Shown here: positions 16,964-25,679 of the stretch, one piece after another
Numbering within the stretch: position 1 is the stretch's first letter
Layout of the letters: each line of letters begins with the position of its first letter
Assembly (NCBI GenBank): GCA_943789275.1
Contig: CALSTM010000001.1
Location: 390,001 to 422,000 of the forward strand
Reading direction: 5' to 3'
Length of the DNA stretch: 32,000 nt
Source of the DNA: Candidatus Poseidoniaceae archaeon
Lineage (GTDB): Archaea; Thermoplasmatota; Poseidoniia; Poseidoniales; Poseidoniaceae
Translations under genes and position numbers: made by a program
The notes under the pieces: generated by a model
Databases searched by the model: none
Told to the model about the DNA's origin: nothing
The model's input: only the letters and a program-made list of their open reading frames with translations

Positions 16964-17950
16964 ATGGCACGAATTGCTGTGACCGATGGTATGGCTCCTG
17001 ACGCAGTGGTATTGCTTGAGAAATCTGGGCATGAGGTTGTTCTTCAGTTCATTGAACAGGAAGACCTGCTTGCTGGCGCTCTCAAAGAGTTCGACGCCAT
17101 TATTGTTCGCAGTGCTACCAAATTACCGCGCGAAGTTCTCGTCCAATCCGGTACACGTCTCAAAGTCATTGGCCGTGCTGGTGTTGGTGTTGATAACATC
17201 GATATTGTTGCTGCTGCGGAATTGAACATCCCCGTGGTCAATGCTCCTCGTGCTTCGACGCAATCGGTCATCGAACTTACCATTGGACATTTACTTTCAT
17301 CGCTCCGCCACATCCCTCGTGCAGACCGCGGTATGCGTCTTGACAAGTGGGAAAAGAAAACCATGAAAGGAACGGAACTGTTCGGAAAAGACCTCGGGTT
17401 GATTGGCTTTGGAAGGATTGCACAAGGTGTTGGCTCTGTTGCGCAATTGTTGGGGATGGATGTTCACACGTACGACCCATATTTGCCCTCGAAGGTGGCA
17501 AAGGCTCAAAACACTACACTGCACAAAAATGTTGATACCTTATTTCAGAATTGCACTCACATTTCGATTCACTGCAACTTTACCGAGGAAACCCACCATT
17601 TGGTGAATGCTGAACGAATGGCTTTGATGCCTGGTAAGTCTCGAGATGGGATCCATTGCGGCAATCATATTGTGAACTGTGCTCGCGGTGGCATCATTGA
17701 CGAATCTGCATTACTTTCTGCTCTGCTTTCGGGACAAGTGGCTTCGGCAGCACTCGATGTTTTCGAACAGGAGCCGGTCTCGAAAGGAAATGAATTGATT
17801 CAACATCCGAATTTCCATGGAACTCCGCACATTGGTGCAGCAACTCTTGAGGCTCAAGCACGCGTTGGGAGAGATATTGGGTTGGCAGTGATGACTGTAC
17901 TTGACGGGAAAGTTGCAGATACGACCGTCAATTCACATTTACTCAACTAA
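16964..17950 (+). CDS. serA: D-isomer-specific 2-hydroxyacid dehydrogenase, short D-3-phosphoglycerate dehydrogenase-like (no ACT domain)
   Basis: Motifs present are GRAGVGVDNID, the NAD-binding GLIGFGRIAQGVG, NCARGGIIDE, LDVFEQEP and TPHIGAAT. The start is set at ATG 16964 (MARIAVTDG...), preceded by AGGGG. The upstream part of the track ORF (from 16790) overlaps the divergent membrane gene and looks non-coding. A glyoxylate/hydroxypyruvate reductase cannot be excluded. Confidence 0.75.
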   Translation: MARIAVTDGMAPDAVVLLEKSGHEVVLQFIEQEDLLAGALKEFDAIIVRSATKLPREVLVQSGTRLKVIGRAGVGVDNIDIVAAAELNIPVVNAPRASTQSVIELTIGHLLSSLRHIPRADRGMRLDKWEKKTMKGTELFGKDLGLIGFGRIAQGVGSVAQLLGMDVHTYDPYLPSKVAKAQNTTLHKNVDTLFQNCTHISIHCNFTEETHHLVNAERMALMPGKSRDGIHCGNHIVNCARGGIIDESALLSALLSGQVASAALDVFEQEPVSKGNELIQHPNFHGTPHIGAATLEAQARVGRDIGLAVMTVLDGKVADTTVNSHLLN

Positions 17951-18018
17951 TACTTTCACCCGATAATGGCGTGTGGGTCATGTGAAACTTCGACGACCTT
18001 ACGCGCTAAATCCACGGC

Positions 18019-19341
18019 ATGCGTCTTTCATTTCGGACATCTCACCGAGCCAAAAACCCCTTTGCACAGCCACTTGAAGAACTCCCAGTAGAATTCCGTC
18101 CGAAGGAAAAGTTAGTGTTCTTAACGCCTACTCTCGAAGTTTTGTTCTGTGAGGAATACATCAACTTCAAGCACTGTGGGCAACGTTCTCTGTGTGTGTC
18201 AGGTGAACAGATACCAACGGGTGATACAACCCAGGAGCCTCGAGAGAGGATTTTAGTTCATTGTGACCTTGATGCTTTTTTTGCAGCAGTCGAAATTTTG
18301 CATCATTCTTTGGACCCTGCAAGACCACTTATCATCGGTTCTGACCCTCAAGCAGGTCGTGGTCGAGGAATTGTTTCGACATGCAATTATGCAGCCAGAG
18401 CTTTTGGTATTCATTCAGCCATGCCGATTAGCGAGGCTTGGCGTCGTTGCCCGGGTCATCCGTTTGGTCCTGGCCACTACATTCGTGGCAGTCGTGGGCT
18501 TTACAGCCGTGCCTCAAGACGAGTCATGGAAATTTTACAAGAACCAGCAGAGTTTTTTGAGAAAGCAAGCATAGATGAAGCGTATTTGGATGTCACCAAG
18601 GCCGTTGACGGCGATTGGGATACAGCATTTGCCTTGTGCCGCACACTGCAAGAGACGATTGAAGATAAAGTTGGATTAACGGCTTCCTTTGGCATTGCAC
18701 CAACTCGAATTCTTGCGAAGATGTCGAGTGAAGTCAACAAACCAAAAGGAATTTTCCGAATACTTCCGGATGAAATTGGTGAATTTTTTGATGGGCGTTC
18801 CTTGCGTGAAGTGCCAGGGATTGGCCCAAAGAGGGCTACACAATTGGCAGAATGGGGGCTTGTGACGGTTGACGAAGCCTATGTGTTCGGAGAATTGGCA
18901 CTCGGGCGGATGGCCGGTGAGCGTTTTGCTTCATGGCTCACGCGTGTAGTGGATGGTACAACCAGTTCTGAAGTGAGTCCGTTACGGAGTCGTAAATCCG
19001 TTGGTAAGGAGCGTACTTTTTCATCGGATCAAACCGACCATGAAGCAGTTCTCGATGTGTTGCGTTCCCTCACTCAAGGCGTATTGGCCCGTTCACGTGA
19101 AATGGGCGTTTCTGGACGTTTAGCGGAAGTGAAGATTCGCTATACGGGTTTCGAAACACATACACATGGTCGTTCGATACCTGTTGCTATGGATGAGCCA
19201 GAAGTTTTCCTGCGTTTGGCAGAACATCTTTTTGCAACCAATGTCCAACACAACCGGGGTTTGCGTTTGGTAGGTTTCCGGCTTGGACAACTCGATATGC
19301 CGCCGACTCGGCAAGCCATTCTCAAGTGGGAAGAAGAGTAA
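18019..19341 (+). CDS. dinB: Y-family DNA polymerase IV (DinB/Dpo4-like)
   Basis: Blocks present are ILVHCDLDAFFAAVE, STCNYAARAFGIHSAMP, ASIDEAYLDVT and GIAPTRILAKMSSEVNKPKG, plus an HhH-like VPGIGPKRATQL. The start is uncertain. ATG 18019 gives an extension of about 75 aa before the first catalytic block, whereas GTG 18196 gives a normal-length N-terminus. Confidence 0.85.
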   Translation: MRLSFRTSHRAKNPFAQPLEELPVEFRPKEKLVFLTPTLEVLFCEEYINFKHCGQRSLCVSGEQIPTGDTTQEPRERILVHCDLDAFFAAVEILHHSLDPARPLIIGSDPQAGRGRGIVSTCNYAARAFGIHSAMPISEAWRRCPGHPFGPGHYIRGSRGLYSRASRRVMEILQEPAEFFEKASIDEAYLDVTKAVDGDWDTAFALCRTLQETIEDKVGLTASFGIAPTRILAKMSSEVNKPKGIFRILPDEIGEFFDGRSLREVPGIGPKRATQLAEWGLVTVDEAYVFGELALGRMAGERFASWLTRVVDGTTSSEVSPLRSRKSVGKERTFSSDQTDHEAVLDVLRSLTQGVLARSREMGVSGRLAEVKIRYTGFETHTHGRSIPVAMDEPEVFLRLAEHLFATNVQHNRGLRLVGFRLGQLDMPPTRQAILKWEEE

Positions 19342-21834
19342 TCATTCCAAGTGGTGCATCCGTGTGAGAATCGCAGTGAACTCTGCCAGTCCCTCCGGAA
19401 TTTCAAGCCCAGCAATCGGTTGATTGAGAGAAATCCCTTGCTCTTTCTTTGTATTCCATGTGTCGCCATTGAACGCCTGTAACAGTGTTGAGATCTTTCG
19501 AAGATGGTCACCATCTTCGGTTCCGAGTGCCACAGAAGCGTCTGCAGTTTGTGGGAATGCATCAATGTCGACAGCAGAACGATTGTACAGTGTTTCGGAG
19601 ATGTGGTGTGTGAAAAAGGGACAAACTGGGGTGAATGCAGACATGAAGTCACGAACAATGCGGTGCAGTGTCCAAGCAGCAGCCTTGTCTTCATCGTACA
19701 GTCTTGATTTGACCATCTCCAAATAATGGCTTGGCAATACTCCAGTACCGAACGTTTTCAGCGCTTGAGTGGCGGTGTAGATGTCGAGGTTTTCCCATGA
19801 CGTACGTACTGTGTCCATCGTCGCATCGAATTCAGCCAGAATCCATCGGTCTTCGACGTCGAGGTTGCCAGGGTTTGTCTCCAAGTCCGCAGGTATTTCA
19901 AATTGAGATGCGAAACGAGCAACGTTGAACAATTTGGTCAAAACACCAAAGTACTTCTTTTCGATTTCTTCTGGGTTGATGTGGAAATCGTCACCGACTT
20001 GAGCATCGCATGCCTTCCAAAGACGGAAGCATTCGCTGCCAATTTTGTTGGCACGAAGACTCACAGTCTTATCGGGTCCCTTCACTTTCCAAGAGCCAGT
20101 TCGTCCACCAGCACCGCATTCAAGAACGGAGTCAGCATCGATACCGTTTCCAAGTGACTTACTCATTTTGCGTCCCCAAGGGTCCATGCCAAGCCCATCA
20201 ATCCAGACGTGCTTGAATCCTGGTTTGTCCAACAAGAGATTGGATTTGAGGAGGGTGTAGTAGAGCCAAGTTCGAACAATTTCTTTGCCCTGTGGCCGCA
20301 AAGCGGTAGGGAATGCTCGTTCAAACACTTCAGGATGGTTGAGGTAGCCACTCACAAACAGGTTTGAGTTTGATGAATCCATCCACGTGTCGAATACCTT
20401 TTCTTCACCAACAAGTGTGCCAAGTTCGCTTTCCATGCTCTCAAAGGAACCAAGAACTTCACGTGTTGCCCGGCCGAGAACTTGGCTGCCTTGAGGCGGA
20501 CCTTCGCGCCATGGTTGGACATAGGTGCCGCTTGGCGGGACAATAATTTTCTCACCGTCTTCACTGTACCAAATCGGTATCTCTGTATGGTACCATCTGC
20601 GTCGAGATATGGGCCAGTCAATACTGATGTTATCCATCCAATCAAGGAGGAACTGTTTGTTCCTCGGTGGGTGGAATTCAATCTCTTCAAGATGTTCACG
20701 GATACGGTCTTGGGCATGGGTTTGACGCACATACCATTCTTTCAGTAGAATAATTTCGACCGGGTTTTTTCCACGTTCAGATACTGGAATTTCTTGGTCT
20801 CGCTCGACAACATTTACCAGTTTACCATGTTCTTCAAGGTAGTCGATTGCAGCGTTGCGTGCATCCATCACTTTCATGCCGGAAAACGGTCCGGCAATGT
20901 CGGTCAATTTACCGTCTAAGTCGATGGCTTGGAATGGAGTGAGACCGAGCTCACGGAACACAGCCACGTCATTTTGGTCGCCAAAGGAACAGACCATCAA
21001 AACACCTGAACCGAAGTCAGATTTGACGGAATTATGGGTCATCACTTTGACCGATGTTGAGCGTCCTTCAACCGGTAGCGGCAGTTGGATTGTCTTTCCA
21101 ACCAAATGGGTGTATCGCTCATCATCTGGGTGAACAGCAACGACGCCACATGCACATATCAATTCTGGACGGGTTGTCGATATGACGATTTCAGTTCCGT
21201 CGTCGCAGGTCCAAGTGATGTCAACAAGGCGAGTTTTACGTGAAAGGCGTTCGACTTCCGCATCAGCAATGGTCGTCCCTTCAACCGGGTCGTAGATATT
21301 CGGGCGTAGATCTTCAATAATGGCACCGCTTTTGAACAATTCAATGAAGATTGATTGTGTGACGGTTCTGTATTCTGGTGAATCCGTTAGATACTCACGG
21401 TCATAGTCACAGGAAAGCCCAACACGCTTTGCAGTCATCCTCATTGCTTGTGTGAATGTTTCAATGGTTTCTCGGCACATGTCAATAAATTCGGCACGGT
21501 CGTACGTCTTCATCTTACGCTTTGTGTTCTTCTCCACAGTGAATTCGATGTTGATTCCATTCCGGTCTACACCCCATGGAAAAAAGACTTCCTTCCCCAA
21601 AAGACGCTGTGAACGAGCAATGACGTCAATCATTGAGTATTGTGCGACTGCGCCGATATGCCATGTTCCCGAGGGGTAGGGTGGAGGGGTATCGATAACG
21701 AAAAGTTCCTTGCCACTGTCAGGTTTGAACGCATATCTCTGTGCGTAGACCTGGGAATCTACCGAATGGGCTTCTTGAATGCGCTTTTCAAGGTCGATTG
21801 ACCATCGTTTATCGTTTAATATTGGGGCTGGCAT
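19342..21834 (-). CDS. valS: valine--tRNA ligase (class Ia aminoacyl-tRNA synthetase)
   Basis: Blocks present are FVIDTPPPYPSG, the CP1/editing block TTRPELICACGVVAVHPDDERY, DWPISRRRWYHTEIPIWY, DTWMDSS and the KMSKS loop GRKMSKSLGNG. The start is set at ATG 21834 (MPAPILNDKRW...). The 46 upstream codons of the track ORF are Cys/His/Trp-rich and look non-coding. The Val versus Ile/Leu assignment is from motif resemblance only. Confidence 0.8.
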   Translation of the reverse strand: MPAPILNDKRWSIDLEKRIQEAHSVDSQVYAQRYAFKPDSGKELFVIDTPPPYPSGTWHIGAVAQYSMIDVIARSQRLLGKEVFFPWGVDRNGINIEFTVEKNTKRKMKTYDRAEFIDMCRETIETFTQAMRMTAKRVGLSCDYDREYLTDSPEYRTVTQSIFIELFKSGAIIEDLRPNIYDPVEGTTIADAEVERLSRKTRLVDITWTCDDGTEIVISTTRPELICACGVVAVHPDDERYTHLVGKTIQLPLPVEGRSTSVKVMTHNSVKSDFGSGVLMVCSFGDQNDVAVFRELGLTPFQAIDLDGKLTDIAGPFSGMKVMDARNAAIDYLEEHGKLVNVVERDQEIPVSERGKNPVEIILLKEWYVRQTHAQDRIREHLEEIEFHPPRNKQFLLDWMDNISIDWPISRRRWYHTEIPIWYSEDGEKIIVPPSGTYVQPWREGPPQGSQVLGRATREVLGSFESMESELGTLVGEEKVFDTWMDSSNSNLFVSGYLNHPEVFERAFPTALRPQGKEIVRTWLYYTLLKSNLLLDKPGFKHVWIDGLGMDPWGRKMSKSLGNGIDADSVLECGAGGRTGSWKVKGPDKTVSLRANKIGSECFRLWKACDAQVGDDFHINPEEIEKKYFGVLTKLFNVARFASQFEIPADLETNPGNLDVEDRWILAEFDATMDTVRTSWENLDIYTATQALKTFGTGVLPSHYLEMVKSRLYDEDKAAAWTLHRIVRDFMSAFTPVCPFFTHHISETLYNRSAVDIDAFPQTADASVALGTEDGDHLRKISTLLQAFNGDTWNTKKEQGISLNQPIAGLEIPEGLAEFTAILTRMHHLE

Positions 21835-22011
21835 GTGCCTCACCTGGCCCCACACACATGAACGATGCGGGTCCAAACAGCGGTGTGACGATTCACCTTT
21901 GAAACCAACGCATGGAGTGTGAAGTAGAACTCCGTAATTCACGAGTATCGGGAACATTTCAGCGGTAGACATTTGAAGCCCCGCAACTCACCGTGTATTA
22001 GAGGGGTGGAG

Positions 22012-25000
22012 ATGTCGCAAGAGGGTCCATCACAAAACTCTTCCAATTCGAACGCAGGTCGCGATCAGAGTTCGAATGGGCTATCGAGTGCTGGCTCTCG
22101 AATCAAGGAGATTCAAGCCTCCGGCTCCAAACGCCTCCAATCGGGTGCTGTCGACCTCACAGCTCGGGTTAAAGACTTCAACACAAAAGACGCTATTGAT
22201 GCAGTTCTTGATGCTCCAGTACGCCTAAGAAGGGAATGGCAGAAGCACGGTGCCATAGGTGCAATAACTCGTTTCCCTCTTGCCACAGTGGTTCTTTTCT
22301 TATTGATGACGCTCTTTTTTGTGAGCCACTCCGGTTTCTATGACCGCTACCTGACTCAATTCGATGACGACCCGAATGAAACCGACCTTAACGTCAATGG
22401 TGACCTCGAAGTGTATCTTCCAGATGGGAGCAACGTCGGGAAACTCCTGAAGCTCGTTGAAGAAGATTGGTCAACCAATGTTATGGTAGTTTACATCGAA
22501 CTCGGGGATGGCCGCAACATTACGGACCAACGTATCCTCCAAGAGATTAGTTTCATTGAAAATCAGTTGAACCCTTGCATTTCGTCGTTTGAGTGCACTG
22601 CTAACGGTGTCGCAGAAAGCGATGATGTGATCTATATTCTCTCGCTTTCTACTGTTTTGAAAGAAGTGAATTCAAGTGCTCCGCGAATACGCGAGGCATT
22701 CGTCACTGAATTGGGGCAGTTAGGCTGTAGCCTTGGACAAGACGACTGTCTCTCAGCGAATGCAGCATCTGAACTCAACGACGCACTCGCTCTCACGGAC
22801 GATCAGTTTGGTGGCGGTTATGATATTCCTTCTCAAACTACCATTAATCTCGTCATTGCTGAGATGTATGAGGACAATGGAGATGCAACACCGGGACTTG
22901 ACAAACTGGCCCGTGACATTTCTGGCGGGGCAGATGGTGGACCAGATGGCGTATTGGACCGCGCCATCATGGCAGTTGCAGTCACTGACGAAGTTTCATC
23001 GAAGGAAGTTATTCGCAGCACAACAGAAAATATCACTCGTATCTCGACACTCGAGCGTCCGTGTTTGTTTGAAGCAGATGGCAGTCCAGACTCGTCAGAA
23101 GGTACATGCATCTGGAATGCCGACGAATTGACAGAGGAGCAAAAAGAGCGAGGGGTGAAAACTCTCGATCTCAAAATGACACTCACAGGCCCGGTACCAA
23201 TCACGAATGCGGTTACAGAGCGAACTTTCGACATGTTCTGGGATATTTTCCCACTCGCCGTTGTATGGGTTGCACTGGGTCTGTTCGTGTTCCACTGTGA
23301 CATTTTGCAAACCGGTCTCACAGGTTTCCGCCCACTGCAGGGCTTGAAAGTCGTTACTATTGCCGGTCTTCCAACTCTGTGTGCAGTGTTTTGGACGCTT
23401 GGAATTATTGGTTGGTCAAATTACGAAGTAACGATGACGGTGATTATTGTCGGGCCTATTTTACTGGCGCTCGGCGTATCCTATGGACTGCACATCACCA
23501 ACCGCTACGCCGAAGAAGACGGAACGAAAGCAGAAAAAATGCGTGGAGCGTTGTCATCGACCGGGAAAGCCGTATTCTTATCAGCAGTAACGACAATCAT
23601 TGGATTCGTATCGCTCGTCTTTACGCCAATGGCACCAATTCAAACCGTTGGAATTGCTCTTTCAGGTGGGATTGTTGTTGTTTATATTCTCACGATGTTC
23701 ATGGTTCCAAACTTAACACTCCTTCTCGATTTACGTAAACCAAAGCATCCTCCATTGAAGCCTTTCCAACTCTTGGTCGAAGTCCCGGTTAAGTACAATC
23801 GTGGAGTTATTGGAGTCTTCCTCTTCTTGATTATCATCTCTGCAACATACGGGCAAGCAAATGTTGAAGAAAACATTGACATGTTGAAAATGGCACCGTA
23901 CGACGAGCCATCTGTTTCTGCAATGAAGAACTTTAGCAATGAATTCAATTCCGGGCAACTCGGAATGGTTTTGATTCAAGCGAACTTAACTGGCGATACC
24001 TCAATCGAGGTATCTCAACAAGATCCTGCGGAAAATTTACGTCAGATCGATACATTGGAGGGCTTGCTGAACGATGTGGACGATACAACCGCTGTGTCGA
24101 TTGTTTTCCTTATGAAATCATCCGGAATTGCGCCAACGATAGAATGTGTGGGATGCAGCGAATTTGTCCAATCTTTACCGCTCTTAAGCCAGGATGTGAA
24201 GGACACAGCAAGTATACTTCTCGACAGTTCAGTGACCCAAGACGCCTCGTTTTGGGATTTACTTACATCACCTGACGCATACGGTTTGCCTGCATCGCGG
24301 CAAAGTGAAGTGTTTCTTTTGAACGTATTTTACTCTTCAATCACCGATGAAACGCGTGAGATTTTCATCAGCGAAGACTTTGACCGAAGTTTGATTTTGG
24401 TCGACATGCCGTATCTTCCTGTTGCAGATACTTCATCAAACGTGGAGATCATTAACAGCCATGCGAACACGTTTACTGGTACCGAGCCGGGTAATTATGC
24501 AACGGAATTGACCGGTGTGGCGCCAACCACCATCGAAGTCAACAAACTCATTGTTGGCTCCCAATGGACATCACTCGGTTTTGCAGTCATTCTAACCCTC
24601 ATCACCCTCGCCATCGTGTTCAAGGACATCAGATATTCGATTTGGACAACTTCTCCGGTCATCGCAACAGTGGCATTACAGTGGCTGGTCATGTGGAGAA
24701 TGGGTGTCGACCTTTCCCTGGTCACCGTCATGATCGGTTCCATTCTGGTCGGTGTCGGGGTCGACTTTTCCATACACATATCCAACCGCATACGAGAGCT
24801 GGGGGGAGGCATTGAAGCAATTCGAAGTGCTGCAATCGGCACGGGGATGTCGTTGCTTGAAGCCGCTGTGGTCACGACCCTTGGAATGATTACTGCGTAC
24901 GGTATTCCAATCGAGGCAATACGACCGTTCATTACCGTCATCTTGATTCTGTTATGGGTTGCTGCTGCAAGTGCATTGATTTTGTTACCCGCCATATTTG

Positions 25001-25140
25001 TGACCCTTGAGAAAGCAGGCCTGGGCGCTGTTGGAGGGCGTACCTCTATGGCGAAGCGATTGGGTCTTGGCAAAACGAAGGTTCTGGATGTCGATGTTCT
25101 CGATGCTGCCCTTGCCGATGATGTCGTCGATGCTTGGTGA
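22012..25140 (+). CDS. RND-superfamily exporter, MMPL/COG1033-type (predicted 12-TM, two large extracytoplasmic loops)
   Basis: ATG 22012 is preceded by GAGGGGTGGAG. The architecture is 1 TM, a large loop and 5 TM, repeated twice. The TM bundles resemble MMPL/sterol-sensing-like blocks, for example IIVGPILLALGVSYGLHITNRY and IGSILVGVGVDFSIHISNRI. The N-terminus has a polar, low-complexity region of about 85 aa. The substrate is unknown. Confidence 0.75.
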   Translation: MSQEGPSQNSSNSNAGRDQSSNGLSSAGSRIKEIQASGSKRLQSGAVDLTARVKDFNTKDAIDAVLDAPVRLRREWQKHGAIGAITRFPLATVVLFLLMTLFFVSHSGFYDRYLTQFDDDPNETDLNVNGDLEVYLPDGSNVGKLLKLVEEDWSTNVMVVYIELGDGRNITDQRILQEISFIENQLNPCISSFECTANGVAESDDVIYILSLSTVLKEVNSSAPRIREAFVTELGQLGCSLGQDDCLSANAASELNDALALTDDQFGGGYDIPSQTTINLVIAEMYEDNGDATPGLDKLARDISGGADGGPDGVLDRAIMAVAVTDEVSSKEVIRSTTENITRISTLERPCLFEADGSPDSSEGTCIWNADELTEEQKERGVKTLDLKMTLTGPVPITNAVTERTFDMFWDIFPLAVVWVALGLFVFHCDILQTGLTGFRPLQGLKVVTIAGLPTLCAVFWTLGIIGWSNYEVTMTVIIVGPILLALGVSYGLHITNRYAEEDGTKAEKMRGALSSTGKAVFLSAVTTIIGFVSLVFTPMAPIQTVGIALSGGIVVVYILTMFMVPNLTLLLDLRKPKHPPLKPFQLLVEVPVKYNRGVIGVFLFLIIISATYGQANVEENIDMLKMAPYDEPSVSAMKNFSNEFNSGQLGMVLIQANLTGDTSIEVSQQDPAENLRQIDTLEGLLNDVDDTTAVSIVFLMKSSGIAPTIECVGCSEFVQSLPLLSQDVKDTASILLDSSVTQDASFWDLLTSPDAYGLPASRQSEVFLLNVFYSSITDETREIFISEDFDRSLILVDMPYLPVADTSSNVEIINSHANTFTGTEPGNYATELTGVAPTTIEVNKLIVGSQWTSLGFAVILTLITLAIVFKDIRYSIWTTSPVIATVALQWLVMWRMGVDLSLVTVMIGSILVGVGVDFSIHISNRIRELGGGIEAIRSAAIGTGMSLLEAAVVTTLGMITAYGIPIEAIRPFITVILILLWVAAASALILLPAIFVTLEKAGLGAVGGRTSMAKRLGLGKTKVLDVDVLDAALADDVVDAW

Positions 25141-25177
25141 GCAACAATACAAAGAGTCTCCACCGCTTGGGATTACC

Positions 25178-25672
25178 ATGGTCAACTACTGGTTGATGAA
25201 ATCGGAACCTCATGTCTACCCGTTTGAACAGCTTGTAGCCGATGGCTCGACACACTGGGATGGGGTTCGAAACTATCAGGCTAGAAACATGATGAGGGAT
25301 GACATGAAAAAAGGCGATTATGTCTTGTTTTACCATTCAAACTTCAAACCACCCCACATCGTTGGAATTGCTCGTGTTAGCCGTGAGGGATATCCAGACC
25401 ATACGGCTCAAGATTCGACCTCGAACTATTTCGACCCGAAAGCAAGTCCTGAAAACCCTCGCTGGATGATGGTTGACATTGAGGCAGTTGTCGCTTTGCC
25501 CAGTATTGTACCCCTTGAGGATGTTCGTAACAACCCTTCGTGTGAAAACATGCTTCTTGTCCGAAAAGGGCAACGTCTGTCGGTTCAACCCGTTGCTGAA
25601 GTGGATTTTGATGAAGTACTTCGCATGGGCGGATATTCTCGAGAACAGTTGAATGAAATTGAATTCAGGTGA
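25178..25672 (+). CDS. EVE domain protein (PUA-like fold, THYN1/DUF55 family)
   Basis: It closely resembles the THYN1-type EVE sequence along its whole length: NYWLMKSEP, WDGVRNYQARN, VLFYHSN, IVGIARVSREGYPDHTA, DPKASPENPRWMMVDI and RKGQRLSVQPV. The start is set at ATG 25178. The track's 25007 start lies inside the exporter gene. Confidence 0.85.
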   Translation: MVNYWLMKSEPHVYPFEQLVADGSTHWDGVRNYQARNMMRDDMKKGDYVLFYHSNFKPPHIVGIARVSREGYPDHTAQDSTSNYFDPKASPENPRWMMVDIEAVVALPSIVPLEDVRNNPSCENMLLVRKGQRLSVQPVAEVDFDEVLRMGGYSREQLNEIEFR

Positions 25673-25679
25673 CGATCGT

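Noticed and set aside
24495-25163. 222-aa minus-strand ORF inside the RND exporter gene, and similar long antisense ORFs at 19140-19694, 13872-14432, 13720-14124, 478-939, 249-689, 10854-11288, 22833-23321 and 26389-26853
   Set aside because: All lie entirely antisense to, or out of frame within, genes with strong motif support. Their products are Arg/Ser/Pro- or Cys/His-rich, as expected for shadow frames. None has its own intergenic start context.
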